From the sequence record PQ327946.1: DNA of 64,000 bases, one strand, 5' to 3'. The stretch's first letter is position 1, and each line of letters starts with the position of its first letter. This DNA comes from a phage. A program made the translations under genes and the position numbers. Positions 1-13,395 of this stretch are shown one piece after another. The notes beneath the pieces are model-generated. The model was not told the DNA's origin, searched no databases, and worked only from the letters and a program-made list of their open reading frames with translations.

Positions 1-387
1 ACACTTAAACATGTTGAAACCATTATTAATAAATACAAAAACTATAAGTGGGATTCTGGATTACCGACTAAATATGCAGACCGAGTGGCTAAATTAGACC
101 CACAAGGAAATGTTGAGTTTAACCCTATTACAGGTGAAGCGATATATGAAATAGGCCCTATGGCTGGTCAAGATTATCCATTACCTGAAGATTATAACGC
201 TGAAAACAATAACTCCATATTTCAAGGTCAACTTCCATCGGAACGACGTAAACTGATGAGCCCATTATTTGATGCGTCCGGAACAACATTCTCTAGATTT
301 AGAGATTTGGTTGAACAACGGTTAATCGATAATGTAGGAAATCCAAGAGACCCCGTGAATCCACCACAGGTTAAATTAGATGAATGA
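1..387 (+). CDS. 7: baseplate wedge protein gp7, C-terminal part (gene continues upstream of window)
   Basis: Frame 1 open from base 1 to stop at 385-387; overlaps start of gp8 as in T4 order 7-8-9; identity rests mainly on synteny. Confidence 0.6.
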   Translation, partial: TLKHVETIINKYKNYKWDSGLPTKYADRVAKLDPQGNVEFNPITGEAIYEIGPMAGQDYPLPEDYNAENNNSIFQGQLPSERRKLMSPLFDASGTTFSRFRDLVEQRLIDNVGNPRDPVNPPQVKLDE

Positions 388-1384
388 TTCAAGTGTTATC
401 TATCGTGCAATAGTTACATCAAAATTTAGAACAGAGAAAATGCTGAATTTTTATAATTCAGTTGGGGATGGAGATGATAAGAACTCCATTTATATTACGT
501 TTGGACGTTCAGAGCCTTGGGCGTCAAATGAAAATGAGGTGGGCTTCGCCCCACCTTATCCTACAGATTCTGTTCTTGGTGTTACTGATATGTGGACCCA
601 TATGATGGGTACTGTTAAAGTTTTACCTTCAATGTTAGATTCTGTTATTCCTAGACGTGATTGGGGAGATGTGCGATATCCAGACCCTTACACGTTTAGA
701 ATTAACGATATAGTCGCATGTAATACTGCTCCGTACAACGCGACAGAAGTTGGAGCTGGTTGGTTAATTTACCGTTGTTTAGATGTCCCTGACGTAGGGC
801 TCTGTTCAATAGAATCTTTAGATAATAAAGATGAATGTCTTAAATTAGGTGGTAAATGGACTCCGTCTGTTCGTTCTATGTCTCCTCCTGAAGGCAGAGG
901 CGATGCTAATGGGGTTATCGAAACCGGTGATGGATATATTTGGGAATATCTTTATGAGATTCCTGCCGATGTGTCAATTAACCGTTGCACTAATGAATAT
1001 CTTGTAGTTCCATGGCCGGAAGAAATTAAAGAAGACCCCACCCGTTGGGGATATGAAAATAACTTAACTTGGCAACAAGATGACTACGGCTTGATTTACC
1101 GTGTTAAAGCCAATACGATGCGGTTTAAAGCATATTTTGATTCTGTTTATTTCCCTGAGGCAGCTTTGCCTGGTAACAAGGGTTTTAGACAGATATCAAT
1201 TATCACAAACCCGTTAGAAGCTAAGAAAAATCCAAATGACCCTAATGTTAAAGCAGAAAAGGATTATTACGACCCTAGAGACCTGCAGCGTCATTCCGGT
1301 GAAATGATTTATATGGAAAACCGACCACCTGTTATTATGGCAATGGACCAAACAGAAGAAATTAACATTTTGTTTATGTTTTAA
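380..1384 (+). CDS. 8: baseplate wedge protein gp8
   Basis: 334 aa; N-terminus MNDSSVIYRAIVTSKFRTEKMLNFYNS and length match T4 gp8; synteny. Confidence 0.93.
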   Translation: MNDSSVIYRAIVTSKFRTEKMLNFYNSVGDGDDKNSIYITFGRSEPWASNENEVGFAPPYPTDSVLGVTDMWTHMMGTVKVLPSMLDSVIPRRDWGDVRYPDPYTFRINDIVACNTAPYNATEVGAGWLIYRCLDVPDVGLCSIESLDNKDECLKLGGKWTPSVRSMSPPEGRGDANGVIETGDGYIWEYLYEIPADVSINRCTNEYLVVPWPEEIKEDPTRWGYENNLTWQQDDYGLIYRVKANTMRFKAYFDSVYFPEAALPGNKGFRQISIITNPLEAKKNPNDPNVKAEKDYYDPRDLQRHSGEMIYMENRPPVIMAMDQTEEINILFMF

Positions 1385-1387
1385 TTA

Positions 1388-1412
1388 GGGAGCCTTCGGG
1401 CTCCCATTTTTG
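1388..1412 (+). terminator. intrinsic terminator after gene 8
   Basis: GGGAGCCTTCGGGCTCCC hairpin followed by ATTTTTG. Confidence 0.7.
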
Positions 1413-1416
1413 TATC

Positions 1417-1424
1417 TATAAATA
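1417..1424 (+). promoter_or_regulatory. late promoter (TATAAATA) for gene 9
   Basis: Exact T4 late consensus TATAAATA 33 nt upstream of gene 9 ATG. Confidence 0.7.
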
Positions 1425-1456
1425 GAATATAATATCGGACAACAAAAGGCAGAATT

Positions 1457-2329
1457 ATGGCATTTTTTAAGCAAACTCCTAAACAATTAATCGATACCGG
1501 CGAAATTGGTAATGCCTCAACAGGTGATATCTTATTCGACGGTGGTAATAAAATAAATGACGATATCAACGCTATTTACAATGCATTTGGCGATCAACGT
1601 AAAATGGCCGTAGCAGATGGAACCGGACCAACAGGTCAAACTATTCATGCCACAGGCTATTATCAAAAAGGAAAGGCTGTCGATTATCAAACTCCTATTA
1701 AACCAGGCACTATGCATGATATTGATGCTTCTGATGGCGGTGTGATTGTTATTATTGACCGTCCTGAATTAGGTGACTCTGTAGAATTCATAAACTCTAA
1801 TGGGTCTATTTCTGTTAACAATCCTTTAAGTATCCAAGTAACCGATGGTTCAATTAAAGGCGTTCTTAATAATCTTGTTATTTCCACCCCTTATACCCAT
1901 GTTGTTCTTCGTTGTATTGAAATTAATGGGCCAACTTCAGTATGGAATTATTCTACTGATAGCATGTTTGGGCAGAAAGAATCTCCTGTCGATGGGACTT
2001 GGAGTCTTACAGGAAACACAGTTTCTATTCCTCTCTTTTATCGTACAGATTATAACATGGCTAAATTGCTTGTTACATGCCAATCCGCTGACGGTAGAAA
2101 AATAAAAACATGCGAAATAAATATTCTAATAGATACAATTAACTCAGAAGTTCTTTCTACCGAATTTGCAGTAATGCGAGTTGGTAATGTAGATGAAACC
2201 GACGAGATTGCTAATATTAGCTTTAGTATTATTAACAACTTTGTTACTATGACGATTACATCTGATATTATTGGATTACGTTCGGCAGTTAAAATTATCT
2301 CAACTCAGAAAATTGGGGTCGCTCAATAA
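1457..2329 (+). CDS. 9: baseplate wedge protein gp9 (long tail fibre socket)
   Basis: 290 aa, T4 gp9-like sequence and size; preceded by TATAAATA late promoter; synteny. Confidence 0.9.
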   Translation: MAFFKQTPKQLIDTGEIGNASTGDILFDGGNKINDDINAIYNAFGDQRKMAVADGTGPTGQTIHATGYYQKGKAVDYQTPIKPGTMHDIDASDGGVIVIIDRPELGDSVEFINSNGSISVNNPLSIQVTDGSIKGVLNNLVISTPYTHVVLRCIEINGPTSVWNYSTDSMFGQKESPVDGTWSLTGNTVSIPLFYRTDYNMAKLLVTCQSADGRKIKTCEINILIDTINSEVLSTEFAVMRVGNVDETDEIANISFSIINNFVTMTITSDIIGLRSAVKIISTQKIGVAQ

Positions 2330-4134
2330 TGAAACAAAATATTAAAATTGGTAACGTCGTTGATGACGGACAAGGCGATTACCTTCGTCGAGGTGGTGAA
2401 AAAATAAATGAGAACTTTGACGAAATCTATTATGAATTAGGTGATGGTGAAGTTCCTTATTCCGCTGGCGCATGGAAGACTTATGATGCGGCTGATGGTC
2501 TTAATCTTAAGGCGGCTTGGGGTAAATCTTATGCAATTAATACTACTTCTGGCCGGGTTTCGGTAAATCTTCCTAAAGGGACAATTGCAGACTATAATAA
2601 AGTTATTCGTGCTCGTGACGTATTTGCAACTTGGAACATTAACCCTGTTACTTTAATTCCGGCAAACGGAGACACGATTAAAGGTTCTTCATCTCCGGTA
2701 GAAATTAACGTTCAGTTCTCTGATTTAGAATTAGTTTATTGTGCTCCTGGACGTTGGGAATATATCAAGAACAAACAAATTGATAAAATAGTTAGCTCTG
2801 ACATTAGTAATGTTGCTCGTAGAGAATATCTGGTTGAAACCCAAGGACAGACCGATTTCATGGATGTTTTTAACGGGACCTCTTATAACGTTAACAACAT
2901 TCGCGTAAAACATCGTGGCAACGAATTGTATTATGGTGATGTATTCAGTGATAATAGTGATTTTGGTTCTCCAGGCGCTAATCCCGGTGAACTGGTTGCA
3001 CTTGATGGATTTAATATCAGATTACGCCAACCATGTAATGTTGGGGACACCGTACAAATTGAGACATTCCTAGATGGTGTTTCTCAGTGGCGTAGTTCAT
3101 ATACTCGTCGCCAAGTTCGCATTTTAGATAGTAAATTGACTGCTAAAAAGTCTATTGACGGAAGTATTTACGTCACTGATTTGAGTACGTTCCGGTCTAT
3201 TCCATTTACAGCATTTGGTATTAATCCTACGGAACCACCTAACCCGAATTCGTTAGAAGTTCGCTTCAATGGTATTCTCCAAGAATTAGCTGGCACTGTT
3301 GGTACTCCTATTTTCCGTTGTGAAGGTGTGGATGCTGATTCTGAAGAGTCATGCACAAACCTCGGCGGGACATGGACTCAATCGTATACAGATTATGCGA
3401 TTGAGTATACTGATAATATCCCTAGCGCAATTTTGTTTGATCGTCAATTTGAAGACCAAGACATTATTACCATCACATGGTTTAATAACGATTTAGGAAC
3501 TCTTCTTGAAATGGACGAAATCCTTGATGTCGCTGATGAGAAATATGTTTCTCAAGGGTCTAACATTGAAATTACTGGTGACGTTGCATTAACCGATTTC
3601 GATAAAATTGGATGGCCTAATGTAGAACCTGTTCCTAAGTATGAACGTGAATTCTCGACTATCTCAGCAATATTTGATACAATTTATCCTGTCGGGACTA
3701 TTTACGAAAATGCGGTTAACCCTAATAATCCGGCAACTTATTTAGGTTTTGGTTCGTGGAAAATTTGGGGACAAGGCAAAGTATTAGCAGGTTGGAATGA
3801 TGACGCGTCAGATCCTAATTTTGCATTAAATAATAATGACCTTGACGTCAATGGTAACCCTACTCATACCGCAGGTGGTACCGTTGGTGTAACAACCATC
3901 ACATTAGAAAATGCTGATTTACCAGCTACACAAACCGATGAAAAGGTTCTTATTTCTGATGATAATGGTACAGTAATTATAGGCGGTTGCCAATATGACC
4001 CAGATGAAGAAGGTCCTATTTACACTAAATATCGTGAAGACCATGCAAAGACTAATGGATCTCATGTTCCAGCGCGTTCTATAACTAATATTCAGCCATC
4101 TATAACTGTATACCGTTGGGTAAGGATTGCATAA
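2329..4134 (+). CDS. 10: baseplate wedge protein gp10
   Basis: 601 aa, size and position as T4 gp10; ATGA-type overlap with gp9 stop. Confidence 0.9.
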   Translation: MKQNIKIGNVVDDGQGDYLRRGGEKINENFDEIYYELGDGEVPYSAGAWKTYDAADGLNLKAAWGKSYAINTTSGRVSVNLPKGTIADYNKVIRARDVFATWNINPVTLIPANGDTIKGSSSPVEINVQFSDLELVYCAPGRWEYIKNKQIDKIVSSDISNVARREYLVETQGQTDFMDVFNGTSYNVNNIRVKHRGNELYYGDVFSDNSDFGSPGANPGELVALDGFNIRLRQPCNVGDTVQIETFLDGVSQWRSSYTRRQVRILDSKLTAKKSIDGSIYVTDLSTFRSIPFTAFGINPTEPPNPNSLEVRFNGILQELAGTVGTPIFRCEGVDADSEESCTNLGGTWTQSYTDYAIEYTDNIPSAILFDRQFEDQDIITITWFNNDLGTLLEMDEILDVADEKYVSQGSNIEITGDVALTDFDKIGWPNVEPVPKYEREFSTISAIFDTIYPVGTIYENAVNPNNPATYLGFGSWKIWGQGKVLAGWNDDASDPNFALNNNDLDVNGNPTHTAGGTVGVTTITLENADLPATQTDEKVLISDDNGTVIIGGCQYDPDEEGPIYTKYREDHAKTNGSHVPARSITNIQPSITVYRWVRIA

Positions 4135-4793
4135 TGACTGTACTTAATACAAAGGCGGGAGTTATTTCCCGTCATGCTGATTTTTTAAATTACAGAAAAA
4201 ATCCAGCTCAAATTGATGTTTTAAACAACCAAGCTGTAGGTTCCGTGACTATTTCTCAGTTAGCTCGCGGTTTTTATGATGCTAACGTAGAATCTGCAAT
4301 AAATGATGTCCATAATATGGCACGAGCTGATATTGGTACTGTTATCACAAACACTTCAGGCATATCACCTGAAGGTACAGCACAAGTTGATTATTGGACT
4401 TTTTCTGGTGATGTTCTCGACGATACTTTGGCCCCTGGAACGCCGGTCGTTATTAACGTATTTGGACTTGCTGTTAAAGCAACAATCGGTATGACTGATA
4501 ACGAATTAACGGCACAAGTTCGTATAGCTTTACAAGAAGCCATTGCTAATCAAATCGCTATTTCTTCTTATAAAGACCATCCGACCGAAGGTAATAAACT
4601 TCAGGTGACATATTTAGATAACCAACGTCATGTGTTGCCAACATATGCTTCGTTTGGTGTAACAATTTCACAAGAAATTTTGTCTGAAGCAAAATCCGGA
4701 TACGGAACATGGAATTTATTGGGTGCCCAAACGGTTACTCTTGATAACCATAACACTCCTACCGTTTTCTACCACTTTGTGAGAGCCTCATGA
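4134..4793 (+). CDS. 11: baseplate wedge protein gp11 (short tail fibre attachment)
   Basis: Start moved to the ATG overlapping gp10 stop (TAATG); product [17 protein letters not shown]... matches T4 gp11 N-terminus; track ORF starts 6 codons earlier. Confidence 0.9.
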   Translation: MTVLNTKAGVISRHADFLNYRKNPAQIDVLNNQAVGSVTISQLARGFYDANVESAINDVHNMARADIGTVITNTSGISPEGTAQVDYWTFSGDVLDDTLAPGTPVVINVFGLAVKATIGMTDNELTAQVRIALQEAIANQIAISSYKDHPTEGNKLQVTYLDNQRHVLPTYASFGVTISQEILSEAKSGYGTWNLLGAQTVTLDNHNTPTVFYHFVRAS

Positions 4794-6373
4794 GTAATAA
4801 CAATACATACCAACACGTTTCAAACGAATCCATTTACGTTGAATTCGACCCTACGGGGTCGAATTTTCCAGATACAGTCACTAATGTCCAAGCCGCATTA
4901 GCTGCTATTTCTCCTTCAGGTGTTAATGGCGTACCGGAAGCAACAACTACTACACCAGGAATTATTCAAATAGCTACTCCACAAGAAGTTATTGATGGAT
5001 TAGATAATAGTAAAGCTGTTACTCCGGCAACACTGAATGCTCGTCTACAATATCCTAATGCAACCGAAACACAATATGGCTTAACTCGTTATGCTACTGA
5101 AGATGAAGCAGTAACCGGAGCTATTGACGATGCATCAATTACTCCGCTTAAATTGAATCAAAAAATAGACAATGTATTTCAGACAAAAGTGTCAACAGAA
5201 GCAACAAATGGTGTAATTAAAATTTCAACTTCTGCCGCGGCATTAGCTGGTTCTGACGATACAACGGCAATGACTCCGTTAAAAACGCAACAATTAGCAA
5301 TTAAACTTATTTCGCAAATTGCTCCAAATAATAGTGACGCCACCGAATCTATTACAGGTGTTGTTCGTTTGGCTACAGTTGCTCAAGCACAACAAGGCAC
5401 CCTGCGTGAAGGCTATGCAATTTCACCTTATACCTTTATGAATTCAGTAGCATCAGAAACTAATAAAGGTGTCGTTAAACTAGGGACACAGACTGAAGTA
5501 AATAGTAACAACTCTTCAGTTGTAGTGACCGGCGCAACATTAAACGGGCGTGGGGCTACAACTTCTTTACGTGGAGTTGTTCGTTTAACTACACAAGCGG
5601 GTAGCCAATCAGGTGGTGATGGTTCTTCTGCCCTTGCTTGGAATGCTGATGTTATCCACCAACGAGGTGGACAAACTATTAATGGCACGCTTCGCATTAA
5701 TAATACGTTGACGGTTGGTTCTGGTGGCGCTAATATAACGGGTAATGTCAATATGACTGGTGGTTATATTCAAGGCAATCGTATTGTGACTCAAAATGAA
5801 TTAGACCGAATTCTTCCAGTTGGCGCTATTACAATGTGGGCTGCAGATAGTTTACCGAGTTCTGACTGGCGTTTCTGTCACGGTGGGACTGTTTCTGCTT
5901 CAGAATGTCCGGTATATGCTTCCAGAATTGGAACACGATATGGTGGTAGTTCTTCTAACCCAGGCTTGCCTGATATGCGTGGATTATTTGTTCGCGGCTC
6001 AGGTCGTGGTAACCATTTAACTAACCCTAATGTTAATGGTAATGACCAATTCGGTAAGCCTCGTCTGGCGGTAGGTTGTACTGGTGGATATGTTGGTGAA
6101 GTGCAAAAACAACAGATGTCATATCATAAGCATGCTGGTGGTTTTGGTGAACATGACGATTCCGGTGCATTTGGTAATACTCGTCGTTCAAACTTTGTTG
6201 GTACTCGTAAAGGACTTGACTGGGATAACCGTTCGTATTTTACTAACGAGGGATATGAAATTGATCCAGCGTCTCAGCGTAACTCTAAATATACCATGAA
6301 TCGTCCGGAATTAATTGGAAATGAAACTCGCCCATGGAATATTTCTTTAAACTATATCATTAAGGTAAAATAA
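4790..6373 (+). CDS. 12: short tail fibre protein gp12
   Basis: 527 aa as in T4 gp12; repetitive Thr/Gly/Val-rich fibre sequence; synteny. Confidence 0.92.
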   Translation: MSNNNTYQHVSNESIYVEFDPTGSNFPDTVTNVQAALAAISPSGVNGVPEATTTTPGIIQIATPQEVIDGLDNSKAVTPATLNARLQYPNATETQYGLTRYATEDEAVTGAIDDASITPLKLNQKIDNVFQTKVSTEATNGVIKISTSAAALAGSDDTTAMTPLKTQQLAIKLISQIAPNNSDATESITGVVRLATVAQAQQGTLREGYAISPYTFMNSVASETNKGVVKLGTQTEVNSNNSSVVVTGATLNGRGATTSLRGVVRLTTQAGSQSGGDGSSALAWNADVIHQRGGQTINGTLRINNTLTVGSGGANITGNVNMTGGYIQGNRIVTQNELDRILPVGAITMWAADSLPSSDWRFCHGGTVSASECPVYASRIGTRYGGSSSNPGLPDMRGLFVRGSGRGNHLTNPNVNGNDQFGKPRLAVGCTGGYVGEVQKQQMSYHKHAGGFGEHDDSGAFGNTRRSNFVGTRKGLDWDNRSYFTNEGYEIDPASQRNSKYTMNRPELIGNETRPWNISLNYIIKVK

Positions 6374-7821
6374 TGACTGATATAACTCTGGTAGATTTAC
6401 CATATGTTGACGGCCCGCCAGACGCGGGTCAGAGTCGTATTGAATGGATTAAAAACGATGAAGAAATAACAGGTGCTGACACAAAATACGGTTCTGAAGG
6501 TGTAATGAACCGTCCTATTGTTGAAGTTCAACGTAACGTAGAAGCGTTAGATGTTAATATTAAAACTATAGCATCTTCTTTGAATACGGCCAATGAAGAT
6601 ATCAAAGTTATTCAAGGTATTTTAGATGTTTCCGGGGATGTTGATGCTCTTGCACAGATAGGCCAGAACACCCAAGATATCGATGTCATTAAAGTCACAG
6701 TTCAAACCCATGCTAGTGAATTGAATGATTTGAATAAACATATTGATGCGAATACTGATGATATTGGCGTTTATAATCAGGAAACAGATTCAGTTTATAG
6801 AACGGTTCGTAACGACCTGCTTTGGATTAAAAATGAATTAGGACAATATACCGGTCAAGATATTAATGGGGTTCCTACTCCAGGAAATGATAGCACTGGT
6901 ATGAAACGCCGTATTATGACTAATAGCTCCGTGATTGTTGACCACGGTGTTCGATTAACTGATCTAGAAACTAAATTTGCTGATTCTGACGTCGGCTCTT
7001 TAACTAATGAAGTCGAACACTTACGCGAAGAAATGGGACCTCGCACTTCTTTCACTACTCCAGTATTTAGTCGTCTTTCCGGTATTGATTTAACTTTGTC
7101 GCGTCAAAATGCTGACTTAGATGGCATTAAACAGTCTATTGGGTATCCTAATACGACTTCTATTATTACTACAACTAATGCGAATAGTTCAGCAATAAAC
7201 GACATTAATCTTGAGCTCAATCAATCGGGTGGTATTAAACCTCGTTTGACTACAGTAGAAACTGCCATTGGCACCGATGATTTGCCTACTACAATCCAAG
7301 GACGTATTAAACTCAATACTGATGCTATCGGAGCATTGAACACTGTTGTCGGCTCTGATTCTTCGTCAGGATTGCGTTTTAATGTGTCATGGTTAAATAA
7401 CGTAGTCGGTGTTGACGCTTCAGGTGGGAAACCTGAACCAGACGGCTCTTTGCTTTATCGTACTCGAGCGCTTGAAGGATCTATCGGTGAGATGAGTAAT
7501 GACGTTCAGAACATTCAAACTGATGTTGGGACTAATACCACAGGGATTAAGGGTTCTGTAAACACATTAAATACTCTTATAAATGGCACCAACCCAAATG
7601 GTTCGACTGTTGAAGAACGTGGTATATTGCCTACAGTTAAAAGTCATGATACGACAATTAATGGTTTAACTTCTAGAATTGCTACTCTTGAAACTGATTT
7701 AGCCGCCGCAGAAGCTGAAATCCAAACTCTTAAGGAAGCTGGATATATTGAAGATGCTCCTTCAGACGGTAAATTCTATGTTCGCAAAGATGGTGCATGG
7801 GTTGAACTTCCTACAGCTTAA
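6373..7821 (+). CDS. wac: fibritin (whisker/neck fibre) Wac
   Basis: 482 aa coiled-coil-rich protein ending in a foldon-like C-terminus GYIEDAPSDGKFYVRKDGAWVELPTA; synteny. Confidence 0.92.
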   Translation: MTDITLVDLPYVDGPPDAGQSRIEWIKNDEEITGADTKYGSEGVMNRPIVEVQRNVEALDVNIKTIASSLNTANEDIKVIQGILDVSGDVDALAQIGQNTQDIDVIKVTVQTHASELNDLNKHIDANTDDIGVYNQETDSVYRTVRNDLLWIKNELGQYTGQDINGVPTPGNDSTGMKRRIMTNSSVIVDHGVRLTDLETKFADSDVGSLTNEVEHLREEMGPRTSFTTPVFSRLSGIDLTLSRQNADLDGIKQSIGYPNTTSIITTTNANSSAINDINLELNQSGGIKPRLTTVETAIGTDDLPTTIQGRIKLNTDAIGALNTVVGSDSSSGLRFNVSWLNNVVGVDASGGKPEPDGSLLYRTRALEGSIGEMSNDVQNIQTDVGTNTTGIKGSVNTLNTLINGTNPNGSTVEERGILPTVKSHDTTINGLTSRIATLETDLAAAEAEIQTLKEAGYIEDAPSDGKFYVRKDGAWVELPTA

Positions 7822-7827
7822 TGAAAA

Positions 7828-7841
7828 GGGCCTTCGGGCCC
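7828..7841 (+). terminator. GC hairpin (UUCG loop) after wac
   Basis: GGGCCTTCGGGCCC; no clear U-run, so possibly an RNA-stabilising hairpin rather than a terminator. Confidence 0.4.
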
Positions 7842-7853
7842 TAAAGGATTTAT

Positions 7854-8780
7854 ATGTCAGGTTATAATGCACAAAACCCTAAAGAATTAAAGGACGTAAT
7901 ATTACGTCGTTTAGGCGCTCCTATTGTAAATGTTGAATTAACTACAGACCAAATTTATGATTGTATTTCACGAGCGTTAGAACTTTATGGCGAATACCAT
8001 TTTGACGGGTTGAATAAAGGTTTCCATGTATTTTTTGTTGATGACGAAGAAAAATACCGTCACGGCGTATTTGATATGCGCGGTTCTAACGTATTTGCTG
8101 TAACAAGAATTATAAGAACAAATGTTGGCTCTATTACTTCAATGGATGGTAATGCAACTTATCCATGGTTCACTGATTTCCTTTTAGGAATGGCAGGTGT
8201 TTCAGGTGGTATGGGTAGTAATTGTGGTAAATTCTACGGTCCGAACGCTTTTGGCGCTGACCTCGGGTATTATTCTCAATTAGTATCTTATATGGGTATG
8301 CTTCAAGATATGATTGCTCCTCTTCCAGATTTTTGGTTTAACTCTGCAAACGAGCAATTAAAAGTAATGGGTAACTTTAGACAGAAAGATGTCATTATCG
8401 TTGAATCGTATGTTCGCTCTTATATCGAGACCCATAAGATGGTAGGAAATACAGTAGGGTACGGACAGGTCGGTCCTCGTGATTCATGGTCTATTTCTGA
8501 ACGTTATGATAATCCAGACCATAATTTGGTCGGACGTCTAGTTGGTGAAGATCCTGCAACTAAACAAGGCGCATATAACAACCGCTGGGTTAAAGATTAT
8601 GCAACTGCATTAGCTAAAGAGCTTAACGGACAAATTCTTGCTAGACATCAAGGTATGATGTTACCTGGTGGCGTCACTGTTGATGGTGTTCGATTAATTG
8701 AAGAAGCTCGTTTAGAGAAAGAAGCTTTACGAGAAGAGTTATATTTACTGGACCCTCCTGCAGGTATTTTGGTAGGTTAA
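7854..8780 (+). CDS. 13: neck protein gp13
   Basis: 308 aa, T4 gp13 size and position. Confidence 0.9.
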   Translation: MSGYNAQNPKELKDVILRRLGAPIVNVELTTDQIYDCISRALELYGEYHFDGLNKGFHVFFVDDEEKYRHGVFDMRGSNVFAVTRIIRTNVGSITSMDGNATYPWFTDFLLGMAGVSGGMGSNCGKFYGPNAFGADLGYYSQLVSYMGMLQDMIAPLPDFWFNSANEQLKVMGNFRQKDVIIVESYVRSYIETHKMVGNTVGYGQVGPRDSWSISERYDNPDHNLVGRLVGEDPATKQGAYNNRWVKDYATALAKELNGQILARHQGMMLPGGVTVDGVRLIEEARLEKEALREELYLLDPPAGILVG

Positions 8781-8781
8781 T

Positions 8782-9417
8782 ATGGCAACATACTACAGAT
8801 TGTATATTACAACATTTGAAACATCCACCGGTATAAAGATTTATGGTGGTAAACACAAATCAGTTTACGAAGACCCTTCAAAAGACCCTTATACTGGGTC
8901 TGGCACCTTTATACGAAGGGCCAAAAGAAAATACGGTCCGTCTTGTATAAAAGAAATTATATGGTCTAAGCCATTTGAATCTAAAGCTCTAATGGATGAA
9001 GCTGAAGAGTTACTGGTAGATGAATTATCCATTTTAGAAAATTGCGCAAATCTTGTTAAAGGTGGTGCAGGCGGAAGGTCGTATATTAACCCAGAAGATA
9101 ATCCATCTATAGGACAAAAACGTTCAGCCCAATCTAAAAAGAAAATGTCTGACGCCGCAAAATCAAGAAAATGGACTGAAGAAGGGTTAAGAAAACGTAA
9201 AGAATCTACAGCAAGAATGTGGAAAGATTTCAAACATAGACATCCTGATTTTTCTGGTTCAAAAAATCCAGCAGCTCGAAAAGTTAGTGTAAATGGTAAA
9301 ATATTTAACACCTGCAAAGAATGTGGTGAAGAATTTAATATCACATCAAGCGCGGTTATAGGCCGATGCAAAAACAACAAACCTAAATGGGCAGGATGGA
9401 ATTATGTCGACGTATAA
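8782..9417 (+). CDS. seg-like GIY-YIG homing endonuclease (putative), inserted between genes 13 and 14
   Basis: N-terminal [21 protein letters not shown] (degenerate GIY-x10-YIG), shared D-x-Y-x-GSG...KYG motif with the two other seg-like ORFs in this window, basic K/R-rich C-terminal half; no counterpart at this position in T4. Confidence 0.6.
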   Translation: MATYYRLYITTFETSTGIKIYGGKHKSVYEDPSKDPYTGSGTFIRRAKRKYGPSCIKEIIWSKPFESKALMDEAEELLVDELSILENCANLVKGGAGGRSYINPEDNPSIGQKRSAQSKKKMSDAAKSRKWTEEGLRKRKESTARMWKDFKHRHPDFSGSKNPAARKVSVNGKIFNTCKECGEEFNITSSAVIGRCKNNKPKWAGWNYVDV

Positions 9418-10168
9418 TTCAAATTTATTTGCAAAGTTAGAAAACCGAGAAGGCTATTCTAAAACTAATGAAACCGAGATTTTAAACAAATACGTGAACT
9501 TCAACAAATACGAAAATAGCCAGACATTAGCCGATGTTCTAGTGGCAGAAAGCATACAGATGCGCGGTATTGAATGTTTTTATGTTCCACGTGAATATGT
9601 TGCCGTGGACCTTATCTTTGGTGAGGACCTTAAAAATAAATTTACTAAAGCATGGAAATTTGCTGCATATCTGAACTCTTTTGAAGGTTATGAAGGAGCG
9701 AAATCGTTCTTCAGCAACTTCGGAATGCAAGTTCAAGACGAAGTTACATTATCTATTAACCCAGGTCTTTTCAAACACCAGGTCAACAATCAGGAGCCCA
9801 AGGAAGGTGATTTAATATACTTCCCAATGGATAACAGTTTGTTTGAGATTAACTGGGTTGAACCATATGACCCATTCTATCAAGTAGGTAAAAATGCGAT
9901 TCGTAAAATTACTGCAGGCAAGTTTATTTACTCTGGCGAAGAAATCAATCCGGTGCTTCAGAAAAATGAAGGTATCAATATACCTGAATTTAGTGACTTG
10001 GAACTTAACCCTGTTAGAAATCTTGACGGTATCCATGACATTAATATCGATGAATATTCTGAAGTTGAGCAAATCAATTCAGAGGCAAGTGAATACGTTG
10101 AGCCGTATGTAGTAGTTAACAACCGTGGTAGACAAAATTCACCATTTGACGATGGGTTTATGAATTAA
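9404..10168 (+). CDS. 14: neck protein gp14
   Basis: 254 aa, T4 gp14 size and position. Confidence 0.88.
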   Translation: MSTYNSNLFAKLENREGYSKTNETEILNKYVNFNKYENSQTLADVLVAESIQMRGIECFYVPREYVAVDLIFGEDLKNKFTKAWKFAAYLNSFEGYEGAKSFFSNFGMQVQDEVTLSINPGLFKHQVNNQEPKEGDLIYFPMDNSLFEINWVEPYDPFYQVGKNAIRKITAGKFIYSGEEINPVLQKNEGINIPEFSDLELNPVRNLDGIHDINIDEYSEVEQINSEASEYVEPYVVVNNRGRQNSPFDDGFMN

Positions 10169-10220
10169 TAAATAGATAAGATAAAGCAAACACCGGTCGA
10201 AAGGCCGGTTAGGAGAAATG

Positions 10221-11042
10221 ATGTTTGGTTATTTTTACAACTCGTCGTTCAGGCGATATATCACAATGATGGGCGATTTGTTTTCAAATATCCAAGTTAA
10301 CCGTCAATTGTCTACAGGCAATAAATTAATTAGAGTTCCTATTACGTACGCATCTAAAGAGCACTTTATGATGAAACTTAATAAATGGACCTCTATAAAC
10401 TCACAAGAAGATGTGGCTAAAGTCGAAACTATTCTACCGCGTATAAATCTTCAAATGGTAGATTTCGTTTATAACCCAACGTTTAAAACGAATATATTGA
10501 ATAACTCTCTTTTGAGTAAATCGACTAAGGATATTGTAGACCAATACAACCCATCACCAATTAAAATGATTTTTGAACTGAGCATCTTTACTCGTTATGA
10601 AGATGATATGTTCCAAATCGTTGAGCAAATTATTCCATATTTTCAGCCGCATTTTAATACGACTATGATTGAGCAATATGGGCAGGATATTCCATTTGAA
10701 AGGGATATTAAAGTCGTATGGATGTCAGCAGCAATGGATGAACAAATAGACGGTGATAATTTATCCCGTCGACGTTTAGAGTGGTCATTAACATTTGAAG
10801 TAAATGGATGGATGTATCCTCCGGTAGGCGCAGCAGAAGGCCTTATTAAAACGACTTATCTTGATTTTCATGCTAATGAACGAGACCTTCAATCAGCCGC
10901 CAGCGTTTTTGAATCAGTTGATACAGAAATTAAACCGAGAGACGTTGAAGCACAAGATTGGAATGGCGAAGTTGAACAAACTTATACTCATGATATTCCA
11001 ATCCCGACTCCACCAACCCCTCCTGGTCCTAGAAAACAATAA
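10221..11042 (+). CDS. 15: tail sheath stabiliser / tail completion protein gp15
   Basis: MFGYFYNSSFRRY... matches T4 gp15 N-terminus; second ATG chosen for SD spacing (AGGAGA). Confidence 0.92.
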   Translation: MFGYFYNSSFRRYITMMGDLFSNIQVNRQLSTGNKLIRVPITYASKEHFMMKLNKWTSINSQEDVAKVETILPRINLQMVDFVYNPTFKTNILNNSLLSKSTKDIVDQYNPSPIKMIFELSIFTRYEDDMFQIVEQIIPYFQPHFNTTMIEQYGQDIPFERDIKVVWMSAAMDEQIDGDNLSRRRLEWSLTFEVNGWMYPPVGAAEGLIKTTYLDFHANERDLQSAASVFESVDTEIKPRDVEAQDWNGEVEQTYTHDIPIPTPPTPPGPRKQ

Positions 11043-13368
<2,326 letters not shown>

Positions 13369-13395
13369 AAATAAAGCAAATTAAGAGGAATTAAA

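Noticed and set aside
5428-6299. Short ORFs on both strands inside gene 12 (5428-5751, 5609-5794, 5820-6020, 6084-6299)
   Set aside because: They lie wholly inside the well-supported short tail fibre gene and have no RBS or promoter; they look like chance ORFs.
8889-9380. 163-aa minus-strand ORF overlapping the putative seg gene between genes 13 and 14
   Set aside because: It is antisense to a late operon with no promoter or RBS; the plus-strand ORF carries the GIY-YIG-like and basic-tail features, so the minus-strand frame is taken to be a shadow ORF.
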